Origin: a virus
IMG/VR virus record: IMGVR_UViG_3300044701_003563
DNA length: 64,000 nucleotides
Strand: one strand, 5' to 3'
Below the pieces are notes generated by a model. It worked only from the letters and a program-made list of their open reading frames with translations. It was not told the origin of the DNA and searched no databases. The translations under genes and the position numbers were made by a program. Below, one piece after another: positions 27,692 through 38,200 of this stretch (the stretch's first letter is position 1; each line of letters starts with the position of its first letter).

Positions 27692-30600
27692 TTACTTACC
27701 TAATGCGATGATGAGTGGTGTTACTGTTTGCAATAGACTTTGACTGAATGCCCTTCCACTAATTGTTCCAGTTAACTGATTAATGGTCAAATCAGTTCCA
27801 ATTCTAAAGTTACCTGCTTGATTTGTACTTGTAAATACAACTTGTCCTCCATTCAATTTCACAACTTCATTTTCGGCAATTGTCACACCCCCAAGTGCAG
27901 GTTTTGCTTTATTAATGTCTGTTCCTGCTCCAACCCATTCAAAAGAAATTGTTGTTGCAATTTGCAAACTTAGTCTAGAAAAATATACAGTAGTATCTTC
28001 TTCTATTGTATTATTTAGATTCTGCGTAAGAACAACTGTTGATATTCCAGTAATTCCATTATTCCACGGAATAGTGGCAGACTCTACAAAATAATATATA
28101 GGTTCCATTTCAGCTTGAGCTATTGCTTGTGTTCCCCCAGCAAATGGGGGATCAATAGTTACTATAGGAACATTTCTATACTGACTTCCTTCACTAATAA
28201 CATCAATTGAAGTTATTGCTCCCGTTACAGGATCTACGTTTACACTTCCTTCAGCACGAATTCCTCTTGCATTTTCGGGAGGAAGTTCAATAGAAACATT
28301 TGGGGGAACTAAAGCACTGTATCCACTTCCACCATCAATAACATTTAATCTCTTAACACTCTTGAACAATTCACCAAAATAAAGTGCTTGTCCATCATAT
28401 GGTCTATATGTACCTACCCCAGCAATAATTACTCTATCTTGTTCAACTTCTGCCCTTTCATCAACAAAACCTGTCATGTGATAAATTGATTTTGTATTTG
28501 CATCACCAACACCACTGGAATATAATCCATAATTTCCAAAAGAAGCATTAGAGTTTGTAAGGTCACACTGTCCACCAGATCCAGTGAAAATTGCAATATC
28601 ATCACAGATAGTAAAGATAGAAACTAACTGAGAATAACCGCCATTAGTAATAGAAACGCCTATGCCACCTTGATTATATTGAGTATATGAGTCAACACTC
28701 ATTGTTCCAGTTACGCCAATATCATCTTCATATCCAGGTTCTGCATCAAATCCATCAACTTTCATTCCTATACTGTTACCGACAAAATTAGTGCAATTTC
28801 TGATATAAGGTCCTTGTGTAATTGGCCCAACACCTGGGGAATATGGAGGAATTATATAACCATCTCCAATATAAGTATGAGGTATTGTTGAAATTCCAAC
28901 ATCTAAAGTGAAAGTTGAACTCTTTCTTTGTGTTACATTTCTAACTGTTCCGCCAGAAACATATGTGTGTGGGAAAGGTCCTACCCCAGTATTAATTGTG
29001 AGATCATTTCCATTAACTCCATAAACTTTAAATACATAACCAAATTTTCCAGATGGATAAATTGGTGTTGTTTGAGCACCACTGGCACAAGTAAATTCAA
29101 AATCTCTTATTTCTATTAAATCATCAACAGAAACTGAAAAATTTGGATCAGTTACTGTAATTGTTGTTACTCCTGTTGTATGAGTATATTGACAATTTGT
29201 GGCATTATATAATCTATCGGAAATAATATCTACAACTTTAAAATCATTTCCATAAAACTTTCCGCCGAATTCAGTTTGAATAGATTCTGATGGGAAAGTT
29301 GCTGTAATCGTTGGACCCCCACTGCTGCAAGAATAAGTAAGATCACGAATAGTTACAATATCTTCTCTTGAAACATAAGCTCCTGGGGCGGTAATTGTAA
29401 CAATTCCAGAAGTATGGTCATATGGAGCACTGGTTATGTTAAACGTCCTATCAATTACATAACCATCTCTTTCATAAGTATGAGGTAATGTAGAAACTCC
29501 AACATTTAATGTATAGTCATCCCCATTTACATCATCAATATAAAATCTATATCCATAAAATCCTGAAGGAAATACTGATTCGGAAACTGGACCTCCAGAA
29601 GAACATGAAAATACTAAATCCTTTATTTCTATTCTGTCGCCCTTTCTTGCATTTAATCCAGGTACGGTCACTATAACTTTACCAAATACCTCGTCATAAG
29701 TAGCACCAGATACAAACTTAACATTACTAAATGGGATACCTTCCCCTCTATTTCCTGGGAATGACGTAGTAATTCCTGAAGTTTGTCCATATCCAATTAT
29801 TGTAGTTACAACACCTACCAAATTTCTAATTGTAGAAACTACATTTTTGCAACCAGCAATAGATTCGTTTACTCCTTGGGGGAAAAATTCCTCACAACCC
29901 AGAGAAGGATCTTTTTGAATAGCAGCATCTTTTACTTGAGTAAAAGATTTAGTAAATTGTGATCTTCTTTCAATTGTTCCAGATGAATAGGGCCATTCTG
30001 TAATCGTGCTCCATCCTACAGATCCAGCTTCCGCACTACCATCTCCAGAATGATAATGTGCAATTGTGGATGGACCTACCAAAACTTCAAATGTGTTTGG
30101 ATTTGCAGAGAAAAATGCATTATCTTGTGGAAGTCTAAATACGCAGAAAATATTTCCATAATATTTTCCACCATATTCAGTTTGTGCTTCCTCTGATGGA
30201 AAATATGCAGTTGAAAAACCAGGACCACTTCCGCAACCAAATATTAAATTCTCAAAATAAATTGGATCTCCTGGTCTTATATCAGCATCTTCTACTGTAA
30301 CATCATTCCCATTTTGATCTTGAATGAAAACCGTTGCAAATCCGCATTCATTATCATACAAAACATTACTAACAACAAGTTTTCCATATGTAGAAATTCC
30401 TGCTGCTCTAGAACTTAAATATGAAAAATTGTTATTATTAATAATTGATCTTGCAATTAAAAATGAATGTTCTAAGGTTGCTACTGTTTGCTCGACCTCT
30501 TGTGGATTTTTAAGAATTTGTGGAATTAAATTCCAGTCATCATCATAATAAGCACTTCCTGCGTTTATTGCCTCACTATTTCCACCTCTAGTTAAATCAT

Positions 30601-32197
30601 GTACTATCCTTTTCCATACATCCTTAATATCATCTCTGCAATCTTGTTCTACATCAAGATTAACTCCAAAAGTTGTAGTAATCCCAGAAAGATATGTTAA
30701 TCCATTGGAACTTATGTATTGTTGATATAACGTATTTGTAACAATACCAATATTGGTTTTAACGTCATCTATGGTAAGTGTGCAATTTCCAGGAAGTGGA
30801 TCGTAACTTAAGTCCTGATATACCCCTCTAGATCCATATGCATTGCTATTTGCAAATGTCGTAGTTCCAAATCCAACTGCTGCTGGGGATGTTGCCCAAT
30901 CAATGTTATTAACGACATGAGTTGCTATTCCAGCAGCAAAACTTAAAGCATCTACAGTAGCTTTTAAAATACTATTGTTATTAGTATCATTGCCAGTAAT
31001 GTGAAGAAGAGCACCAGCATCACTGAAATATGTTCTAGCAGCACCTATTGATTTTTTATTACTTCCAGATTTTAAATCATTAACTAAAGATTTTAATATA
31101 TCTTTAACATCATCTTCACAATTTACTGGGGCAGTTGGAACGCCATTGACCGAAATAACGAATGGTTGACCATTACTTCCAAGATATCCAAGGGTTCCTA
31201 CATTTCTAGCAGTTAAAAATCCTACAGTTTCTGCAGCAATATAATCAATATTTGCTTCTATTTTTTTAGCAGCATCTTGTGCAAGATGATCTCCAGCATA
31301 ACCACTATATCCACTATGCAGCCAAGCAACAGATTCATTTGCAAGAAAGTCTAGATTAAATCTAAGCATTCTTGCGGCATCAAAATATCGATCTTCCTTT
31401 GTGCCCAAAAGTTTTTCAAGAGATACCATTGCAGCTCCATCTCTTGCGTTTTTTCCTATAAAACTTAAATCAGTTATATGGCAACCATTGTTGACATAAA
31501 ACATATCCTTTTCAGGAAATTTTGGTGTTATTACAACGTTTCTTAGTTCAGTTCCTTCTACAGCAACAAGTTCATTTAAAACTATTGGATTTTCTTCAAC
31601 ATAAATCCCAGGATATACTTTAATAGTATCTCTTGTTAAAGCAACAGATGCTGCACTTTTAATAGTTGCCTTCGCATCTGCTTCACTCAGCCCACTATTT
31701 GCATCATCACCATTTGTAGTAACAAATACTGTTTTACCTACTGGCGCAAAAGATTGAATTGTTACAATACCTTTTCCAGGTACTTGCGTTTCATCAATAC
31801 TAATTCCAGGTCCTGCAACAATTTGAGTTACAATACCAACAAGTCCTGATCCATCACCAGCATATTTTCCAACAGTAAGAGTATCTCCAACTGTAAGATC
31901 ATTAGAAATTAAGGCGCTATTTGATACTGATAGGTTTCCAATAGTTGCGCCAGTTAAACTTGCAGATCCTGCAGAAAGAGATCCAAATAAACCAGAAGAT
32001 GAATCAACATTTCCAGCAGATAACGTTTGCGAAACCGTTAAATTTGGATTTATTATTGCATCGCCTAAAACATGAAAAGATGCTAAAGGTTGAGTTAAAC
32101 CTATTCCAACTCTTTGAGTATCAATGTCAGCATAAATTAAATTGGTATTTACCTCAAGACCATTTCTAACAACAAAGTTTTTATTGACTGAGGCCAT
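27692..32197 (-). CDS. Large virion protein, paralog of 17261..21301, with two phycobiliprotein-like repeats
   Basis: KNFVVRNGLEV N-terminus; same beta-helix motifs (GPYIRNCTNF, DSYTQYNQGGIGVSITN); CEDD and CRDD repeats; ends TPLIIALGK. Confidence 0.75.
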   Translation of the reverse strand: MASVNKNFVVRNGLEVNTNLIYADIDTQRVGIGLTQPLASFHVLGDAIINPNLTVSQTLSAGNVDSSSGLFGSLSAGSASLTGATIGNLSVSNSALISNDLTVGDTLTVGKYAGDGSGLVGIVTQIVAGPGISIDETQVPGKGIVTIQSFAPVGKTVFVTTNGDDANSGLSEADAKATIKSAASVALTRDTIKVYPGIYVEENPIVLNELVAVEGTELRNVVITPKFPEKDMFYVNNGCHITDLSFIGKNARDGAAMVSLEKLLGTKEDRYFDAARMLRFNLDFLANESVAWLHSGYSGYAGDHLAQDAAKKIEANIDYIAAETVGFLTARNVGTLGYLGSNGQPFVISVNGVPTAPVNCEDDVKDILKSLVNDLKSGSNKKSIGAARTYFSDAGALLHITGNDTNNNSILKATVDALSFAAGIATHVVNNIDWATSPAAVGFGTTTFANSNAYGSRGVYQDLSYDPLPGNCTLTIDDVKTNIGIVTNTLYQQYISSNGLTYLSGITTTFGVNLDVEQDCRDDIKDVWKRIVHDLTRGGNSEAINAGSAYYDDDWNLIPQILKNPQEVEQTVATLEHSFLIARSIINNNNFSYLSSRAAGISTYGKLVVSNVLYDNECGFATVFIQDQNGNDVTVEDADIRPGDPIYFENLIFGCGSGPGFSTAYFPSEEAQTEYGGKYYGNIFCVFRLPQDNAFFSANPNTFEVLVGPSTIAHYHSGDGSAEAGSVGWSTITEWPYSSGTIERRSQFTKSFTQVKDAAIQKDPSLGCEEFFPQGVNESIAGCKNVVSTIRNLVGVVTTIIGYGQTSGITTSFPGNRGEGIPFSNVKFVSGATYDEVFGKVIVTVPGLNARKGDRIEIKDLVFSCSSGGPVSESVFPSGFYGYRFYIDDVNGDDYTLNVGVSTLPHTYERDGYVIDRTFNITSAPYDHTSGIVTITAPGAYVSREDIVTIRDLTYSCSSGGPTITATFPSESIQTEFGGKFYGNDFKVVDIISDRLYNATNCQYTHTTGVTTITVTDPNFSVSVDDLIEIRDFEFTCASGAQTTPIYPSGKFGYVFKVYGVNGNDLTINTGVGPFPHTYVSGGTVRNVTQRKSSTFTLDVGISTIPHTYIGDGYIIPPYSPGVGPITQGPYIRNCTNFVGNSIGMKVDGFDAEPGYEDDIGVTGTMSVDSYTQYNQGGIGVSITNGGYSQLVSIFTICDDIAIFTGSGGQCDLTNSNASFGNYGLYSSGVGDANTKSIYHMTGFVDERAEVEQDRVIIAGVGTYRPYDGQALYFGELFKSVKRLNVIDGGSGYSALVPPNVSIELPPENARGIRAEGSVNVDPVTGAITSIDVISEGSQYRNVPIVTIDPPFAGGTQAIAQAEMEPIYYFVESATIPWNNGITGISTVVLTQNLNNTIEEDTTVYFSRLSLQIATTISFEWVGAGTDINKAKPALGGVTIAENEVVKLNGGQVVFTSTNQAGNFRIGTDLTINQLTGTISGRAFSQSLLQTVTPLIIALGK

Positions 32198-32227
32198 GGG
32201 TTTCCCTATCCACCCTTCTTTTATTCT

Positions 32228-32238
32228 TATTTATTTAT
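32228..32238 (-). promoter_or_regulatory. Late-promoter-like ATAAATA (tandem)
   Basis: ATAAATAAATA in the intergenic gap upstream of 32197. Confidence 0.5.
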
Positions 32239-32243
32239 CATAG

Positions 32244-35200
32244 TTATGGATTTGATTTTTGCTGAGTTGCGTCTGATATAACTTTAGCAATTAATTTTGC
32301 CAATCCAACTCTGTTATCGACTGGATCTTTTCCACCTGGAATCAACTTATATGCTTCCCCCTCAATACTTAAAAGTGACCTAGTTACGTTTTGTATATCT
32401 CCCTCACCAGTTCCAGTTGATGGTGCATTTCCATCTACATCAACGGAAGCATAAATTACTGGATATCCCACCCTAGACCAAGTATTTGAATTTCCATACA
32501 ATTCTGAACGATTTGCAGTTGTCCATGGAGATAAAGCAATGCTTGTGTTTGGAACATATGCTTCAGCAAAATAATCAATTAATTTTTTGCCATTAGGCAT
32601 AATTGTTGATGGAGTTAACCCGATTCCTGTGGAAACATCCTCTAATTGGAATGAAAAAGTTGTGGCATTTCTTACTCTATAAGAAGTATATGCTATTCCA
32701 GTTCCCTCTTCAACGTATGTAGTTGTATTAAATAATCTATTTAATCTAATAGTGACTATTTCCCCGTTTACAAATGGATGATTATCAGATCTAACGGTCA
32801 AAACTGATTTATCATTTATGATTATTGCTTTATACCCAGAAGGAAGATCATCGGAAATAGAAGCAGTTATTGTGTTATCCGTTTGAATAACTATTTGATC
32901 TATTCTACTTCCAAAAGCAAATCCAGGATTATTAGTTGCAAATGGAGGGATGAATTGTTGTGTACCTTCGTCAACTAAATCAAAACCACTATCGGTAGAA
33001 GAATTAGTATTAGCACGAATAACATTCAATGATTTATTAATTAATCTATAATCTAAATATGGAACACCTAAATTTGGATTACTTCTTCTTGAGGTTATAA
33101 AATATAAGTTGTCATTGGCCACAATATTTGAAAATACGGATTGATCAAATGCATCATTATCAAATATAATTGTAGCAATCCCACTCTTTCCACCCGTATC
33201 ATATAATATAGATGCTTCAAAGTTTGTTGCTGCCAAATCTCTATGTCCTATAGAAGAAGTGCTATAGAAAAATAGTTCTTGAATCTCTGCTTTCTTCTCA
33301 ATGTCTCCATAAGTATAAACTTTATCAATTTTAACAACGCCACCTTTATTTGCTTCTGCCAATGTAAGCATATCATGAGTTTGACTTAACAACCCTTGAT
33401 TTGGTGGTGGCCCAGAATCATTAACATTATCCCACACTTTTTCTAATCCAAATGGCCTAGATCTTCTAGAAATTCCTCCATCCAAATAAATTGTGGATAA
33501 TCCAGAGTTTACCAATGGGGCACTATCTCTTGATATTCCTCTAAATGTAAATCCAGTTCCAGAAATACTTCCACCAGAAATTACTTGTTCTATATAAATT
33601 AAAAGATCATTTCTAAGAGTATTTGTAGTTCCATCTCCAGATTGTCCCCCAAGAAGATTTCCAGGTATTCTAATAACATCATTTACATTATATAAAGATC
33701 CACCACTTAATAACTCAACTGTAGAATAAGTTGTAACCCCAGCAGTTCTTATTCCCCCTCTAACAATTCTGAATTGAGATCCAGAACCTGTTCCAGTTAT
33801 AATAGAAGCTGTTTTTGCAGATTCATAATCGAGACTTGAATCTGGAACAGAGATTGTGGGATTAGATGTTTGTCTTAAAATTGATAAGTTTGTGGATTGA
33901 ATTCCTCCATTTACATCAACAGATCCAATTTTTACTAATGCATCATTACGAGTTCCAGTTGTTCCACCAAGATTTGACCCAGGAATTAGATAAAGTTCAT
34001 TTGTTTTATAATTTGAACCAGTGGAAACTATTGATTGAATTGTATAACTAGAAGTTATGCCAGTTGCATTCCTACGAATTATTAAAGAAGCAGCGGCATT
34101 ACTATTTCCATTTGAAAGACCTATTCTTTGATTATAAAGTAAAGTTCCAGAAATCTTATAATCTGGCCTACCATTCAATGTAATTGGAGATGGATATGGG
34201 CCATTCATTCTAAATACTGTAGAAGTTGGTGCATTTAATACTGTCCTATTCCCATTAAATCCAGAAAGTGAAGAATTAGTAATTGTAACTCCATCTCCTT
34301 GATCCAATAAATGTTGCTGATATACAAAAGATCCATCGAAAGAAAATGTTGACGTAACTATTGGACCTCTATCAAAAATGACATAATATCCTTCAGTATC
34401 TATAGTTGTATAAGAAATAGATCCAGAAGGATTTTGTGTTCCAGAAAGTGCAAAATTTTCAGTGTCTAATATTTCTGAAATAAAGTAAGTTCCTCCAAAA
34501 TCACTCTGCAAAGTAATATTTCCAGTTATAATATCCACCTGAGTTGTACCGACATTTGCAGCAGTAAATCCATGCCCTCCATTTACACGAACAATTCTAT
34601 CAGAATTTGCTAATCCAACTACTCCATTTACATCTCCATTTGGAGAATAATCATTTGGATTTATTGTTGATGGTGATATTAATTCTAAACTATTTGAAGA
34701 AGTATATTTTGCATTATAATCTCCATCAAAATTATCAGTTCCAGTGATATTAATTGATATAATATCCCCAAATATTAATGGAAGATCAAATGTTAAATTT
34801 GAAAATTCTATAGAATTAAATCTAATTATTGCTGGAGAATTTCTAAGTCCAGCAGTATAACCAAGACCAGAATTATTCTCAACAGTAGAATAATTAGAAG
34901 GATTGATTGCTTCTTGAAGACCTACTCTTGTTAATCCTCCAGTATCAGTCCTCCAAGCAATTGTATATGGACCAGGAAGAGATAATTGTTGGGAAGATGC
35001 TGTATCAGTTCCATCATTATTTACAATATCAATTTGAGAACCAACTGCAAAAGAACTTGGAATTATATTTGAAAATGTTGCTATTGCTGGATAATTTTGA
35101 TAACCAACCAATCCAACAGTGGATGTTATTGTAAAGTTTGTAGAAGCAGTACTTACGGTATTACTAATATTAAATAAATTTGCGTCTACTGTAGTAACAG

Positions 35201-38200
35201 TATATAGTTTATTATCAAATCCTGTTGAAGTATTTTGAATTTTTATTGATTGCCCATCGATTAAACCATGTGCGGTGCCTGTTCTAATTCTTACACTAGA
35301 TCCAACTAATCCAGCAATTGATCCAGAACCTTCATTAATTCCAGTAAATGATACTGGATCGGTACGTGTAATTCCAAAAGTTGTGCTAGTATATCTTTTA
35401 ACAGTATAAGTTCCATTAAATGTGGTTGAATTTTGAATTCGTACTTGATCTCCAGTTTTGAAGTCTACATCAGTCCCTCCCACAACTCTTGGAGTTCCAT
35501 TATATGTAACTGTTGGTCCAGCATTTTTTAATGTAATTAATCCATTTGGATCAATTGTGGAATTCGATATTTCTGTGTAACTAGTTGGGTTTGTTTTACC
35601 ATTAAGAGTAAATCTATCATTATCTATTTTTGTAATTGTATAAGAACCATTAAAATTAGCAGTTCCTTCTATTTGAACACTTTGATCTGTTGTAAAGGGA
35701 TGATTTGTTGATGTGACAGTTGCTGGATAATTTTCCAATCCAGCAATTCCTCCCGTTGCATTTGCATTCGTAAAATCATCAGTGTATTGAGTCGAATTCG
35801 TACTGTTTAATATAAATTGAGTTGGAGAAACGTAAGTTATTGTGAATGTATTATTAAATATTCCTAAATTTCCAGTTGTATTTTCAATTTGAACAGAATC
35901 TCCATTAATAAAAGGATGATTTGAACTTGTAGTTACAACAGCATTTGCTCTCAATCCAAGAATACCACTGTTTCCTCTAAGACCAAAGTTTGTACTGGAA
36001 GTTGATGATGACGAACTTGATGGAATTGCAATGAGACCTGTATCGTTTCCAAAATTTGATTGAATTGTAAATAAATTGTCTGCAATTAAAGCATTTCCAT
36101 TTTGATCTAAAACATTTTGTATTCCAACAGTTGATCCAACAGGAATAGAATTTGCTCCAGAACTTACAGTAATATAATAATTTGCACCAATTAAACCAAT
36201 TGTTCCCCCAGCTCCTGGATTACTATAGTCTGCAGGATTGAGTCCATTATCTGTCAATAATATACTTGTTGGAGATATAACTCTGGCATTTCTTGCCGTA
36301 TTCGTGTTTAATGCAGTTTTTCCAGTGTCTTGCAATTTAACTTGAATGTTTGATCCATTGGGTCCAAAATACGGAGACGGGAAAGAATAACTATTCGTAA
36401 ATGATATAACTGGACCTATTCCTCTAACACCTATTCCTCCAGATGTATCACGTAATGCAAAATTAGTAGAGCTATTTGATGTAGAATTTAAACTAAGTAT
36501 ATTTCCATTTACATTATTAATAGTATATGTTCCATTAAAATTAGTAGTACCATAAATGTCAATTGATGCTCCATTGACAAAAGTATATCCAGATGGAGTT
36601 ATTGTTCCATGAGTTACTTTCAATGAATCTCCAACCAATCCAACTATTGTATTAGAATTTGCATTTGAAGAACTTACATATTCATTTGGATTTGGTGTAG
36701 TTTGATTTCTAAAACTATCAGAACCGAGAAGAATTCTTGTACTATCTAGAATTCTTGCGTTTGTATATGTTTTATTGAAGAACGAAGATGGAGAATCTTG
36801 AATTTTTATAGAAATTAAACTTCCTACTGATCCAAAAGAAGACGTAGATGTTACCGTAGCAATTCCAGAAATTGTATGAATGCCTATTTTGCCAGAAGAA
36901 CCCTGTAAAGCAAGTGTCGATGGCGTTTGATTTTCTTTAAGAATAAATGCATAAGGTTCCGTAAATGAAGATTTAATTCCAGAAATTACATATGCATCGT
37001 TATAAATTGCTGATTCTCCAGTGACTCCAAATACTGTAATTGCCATTCCAACTGACAATTTATATTCAGTAATTGACTGAGAAGCAGTGCCAGAAAGATT
37101 AAAAGTATTTCCAAAATTTGTAATTAAATCTGCTGCTGTAGATACAATGCCAGTTACAGAATCGGCAAGTCTAAAAGTATTAATTCCTGCCTGTGCTACT
37201 TGCCAAATTTTATTATAGACACTATTTTCATTTCCACTTATTGAAACTAATTGTCCATTGCTAAATCCATGAGAAGGTGCGTCTACAATTGGAATTAATT
37301 TGTTGACTATGTAATAACTTCCAGACGCATTTCCAAAAGCAACACTTCCACCTTGACTTGCAAATTCAAAAGAAAATCTATCTTGACCAATGCCAGCATC
37401 TTGTACACTTGTAACTGTAAGTCCATATCCCGTATTTGTATAATCAAACACAGTTCCAGTACCAAAAATATAAACAATATCACCATTTTGTAAATAATTA
37501 TCAAGATTTAAACCTGAACCATTCCCTAAAATTGTAACTAAATAACTAGCAGTTACTCCGTTATTATTAAATTGATTAAAACCTTGTGATGAATTAAGTA
37601 AATATGGATTTACATTATCTGGAGATACTTCTCTTAAATTATAAGCAATACTTGTAATTCCAACATTTCTGAATGTTACTGGTACTACTAATTCCAATTC
37701 TGATTGGTTATATCCTACAGTTGACCCAGATCCTATAGTCGTTGCTGCAAATAATTCAGTTCTTCCAGTATTATCAATTTTAATTTGAGTTGGACTTTCT
37801 ACAGATTTTACAGTAAAAGTTGAATTCCAATCTGAATCTGTTGTTCCTCTTATAATTATAGAATCTCCAGTTATAAAAGTATGATCTGCTGATGTTTGTA
37901 ATAATGCATCAGAACCAAGTCCAACATTATTATTAACCCCATTATCCAATTGAGTAATAATTAATTTTGCAGGTAAAGGATTCTGTACTGGCCCTGCACC
38001 AAGACCTGGAGCAGAAACTTCTATCTCATAATCACTCAATACATTAATAATAGAAAGACTTTGATTATCTAAAGCAGGTTCTCCAGTTCCTGCTACAAGA
38101 ACTTTTCCCCCAATCCCAATATTTCCAGGTAATGCTGCACCTGAAGGATTGAGAGTAATAAGACATTGATCATTTGCTGGATCATACTCAACTATAGTAT

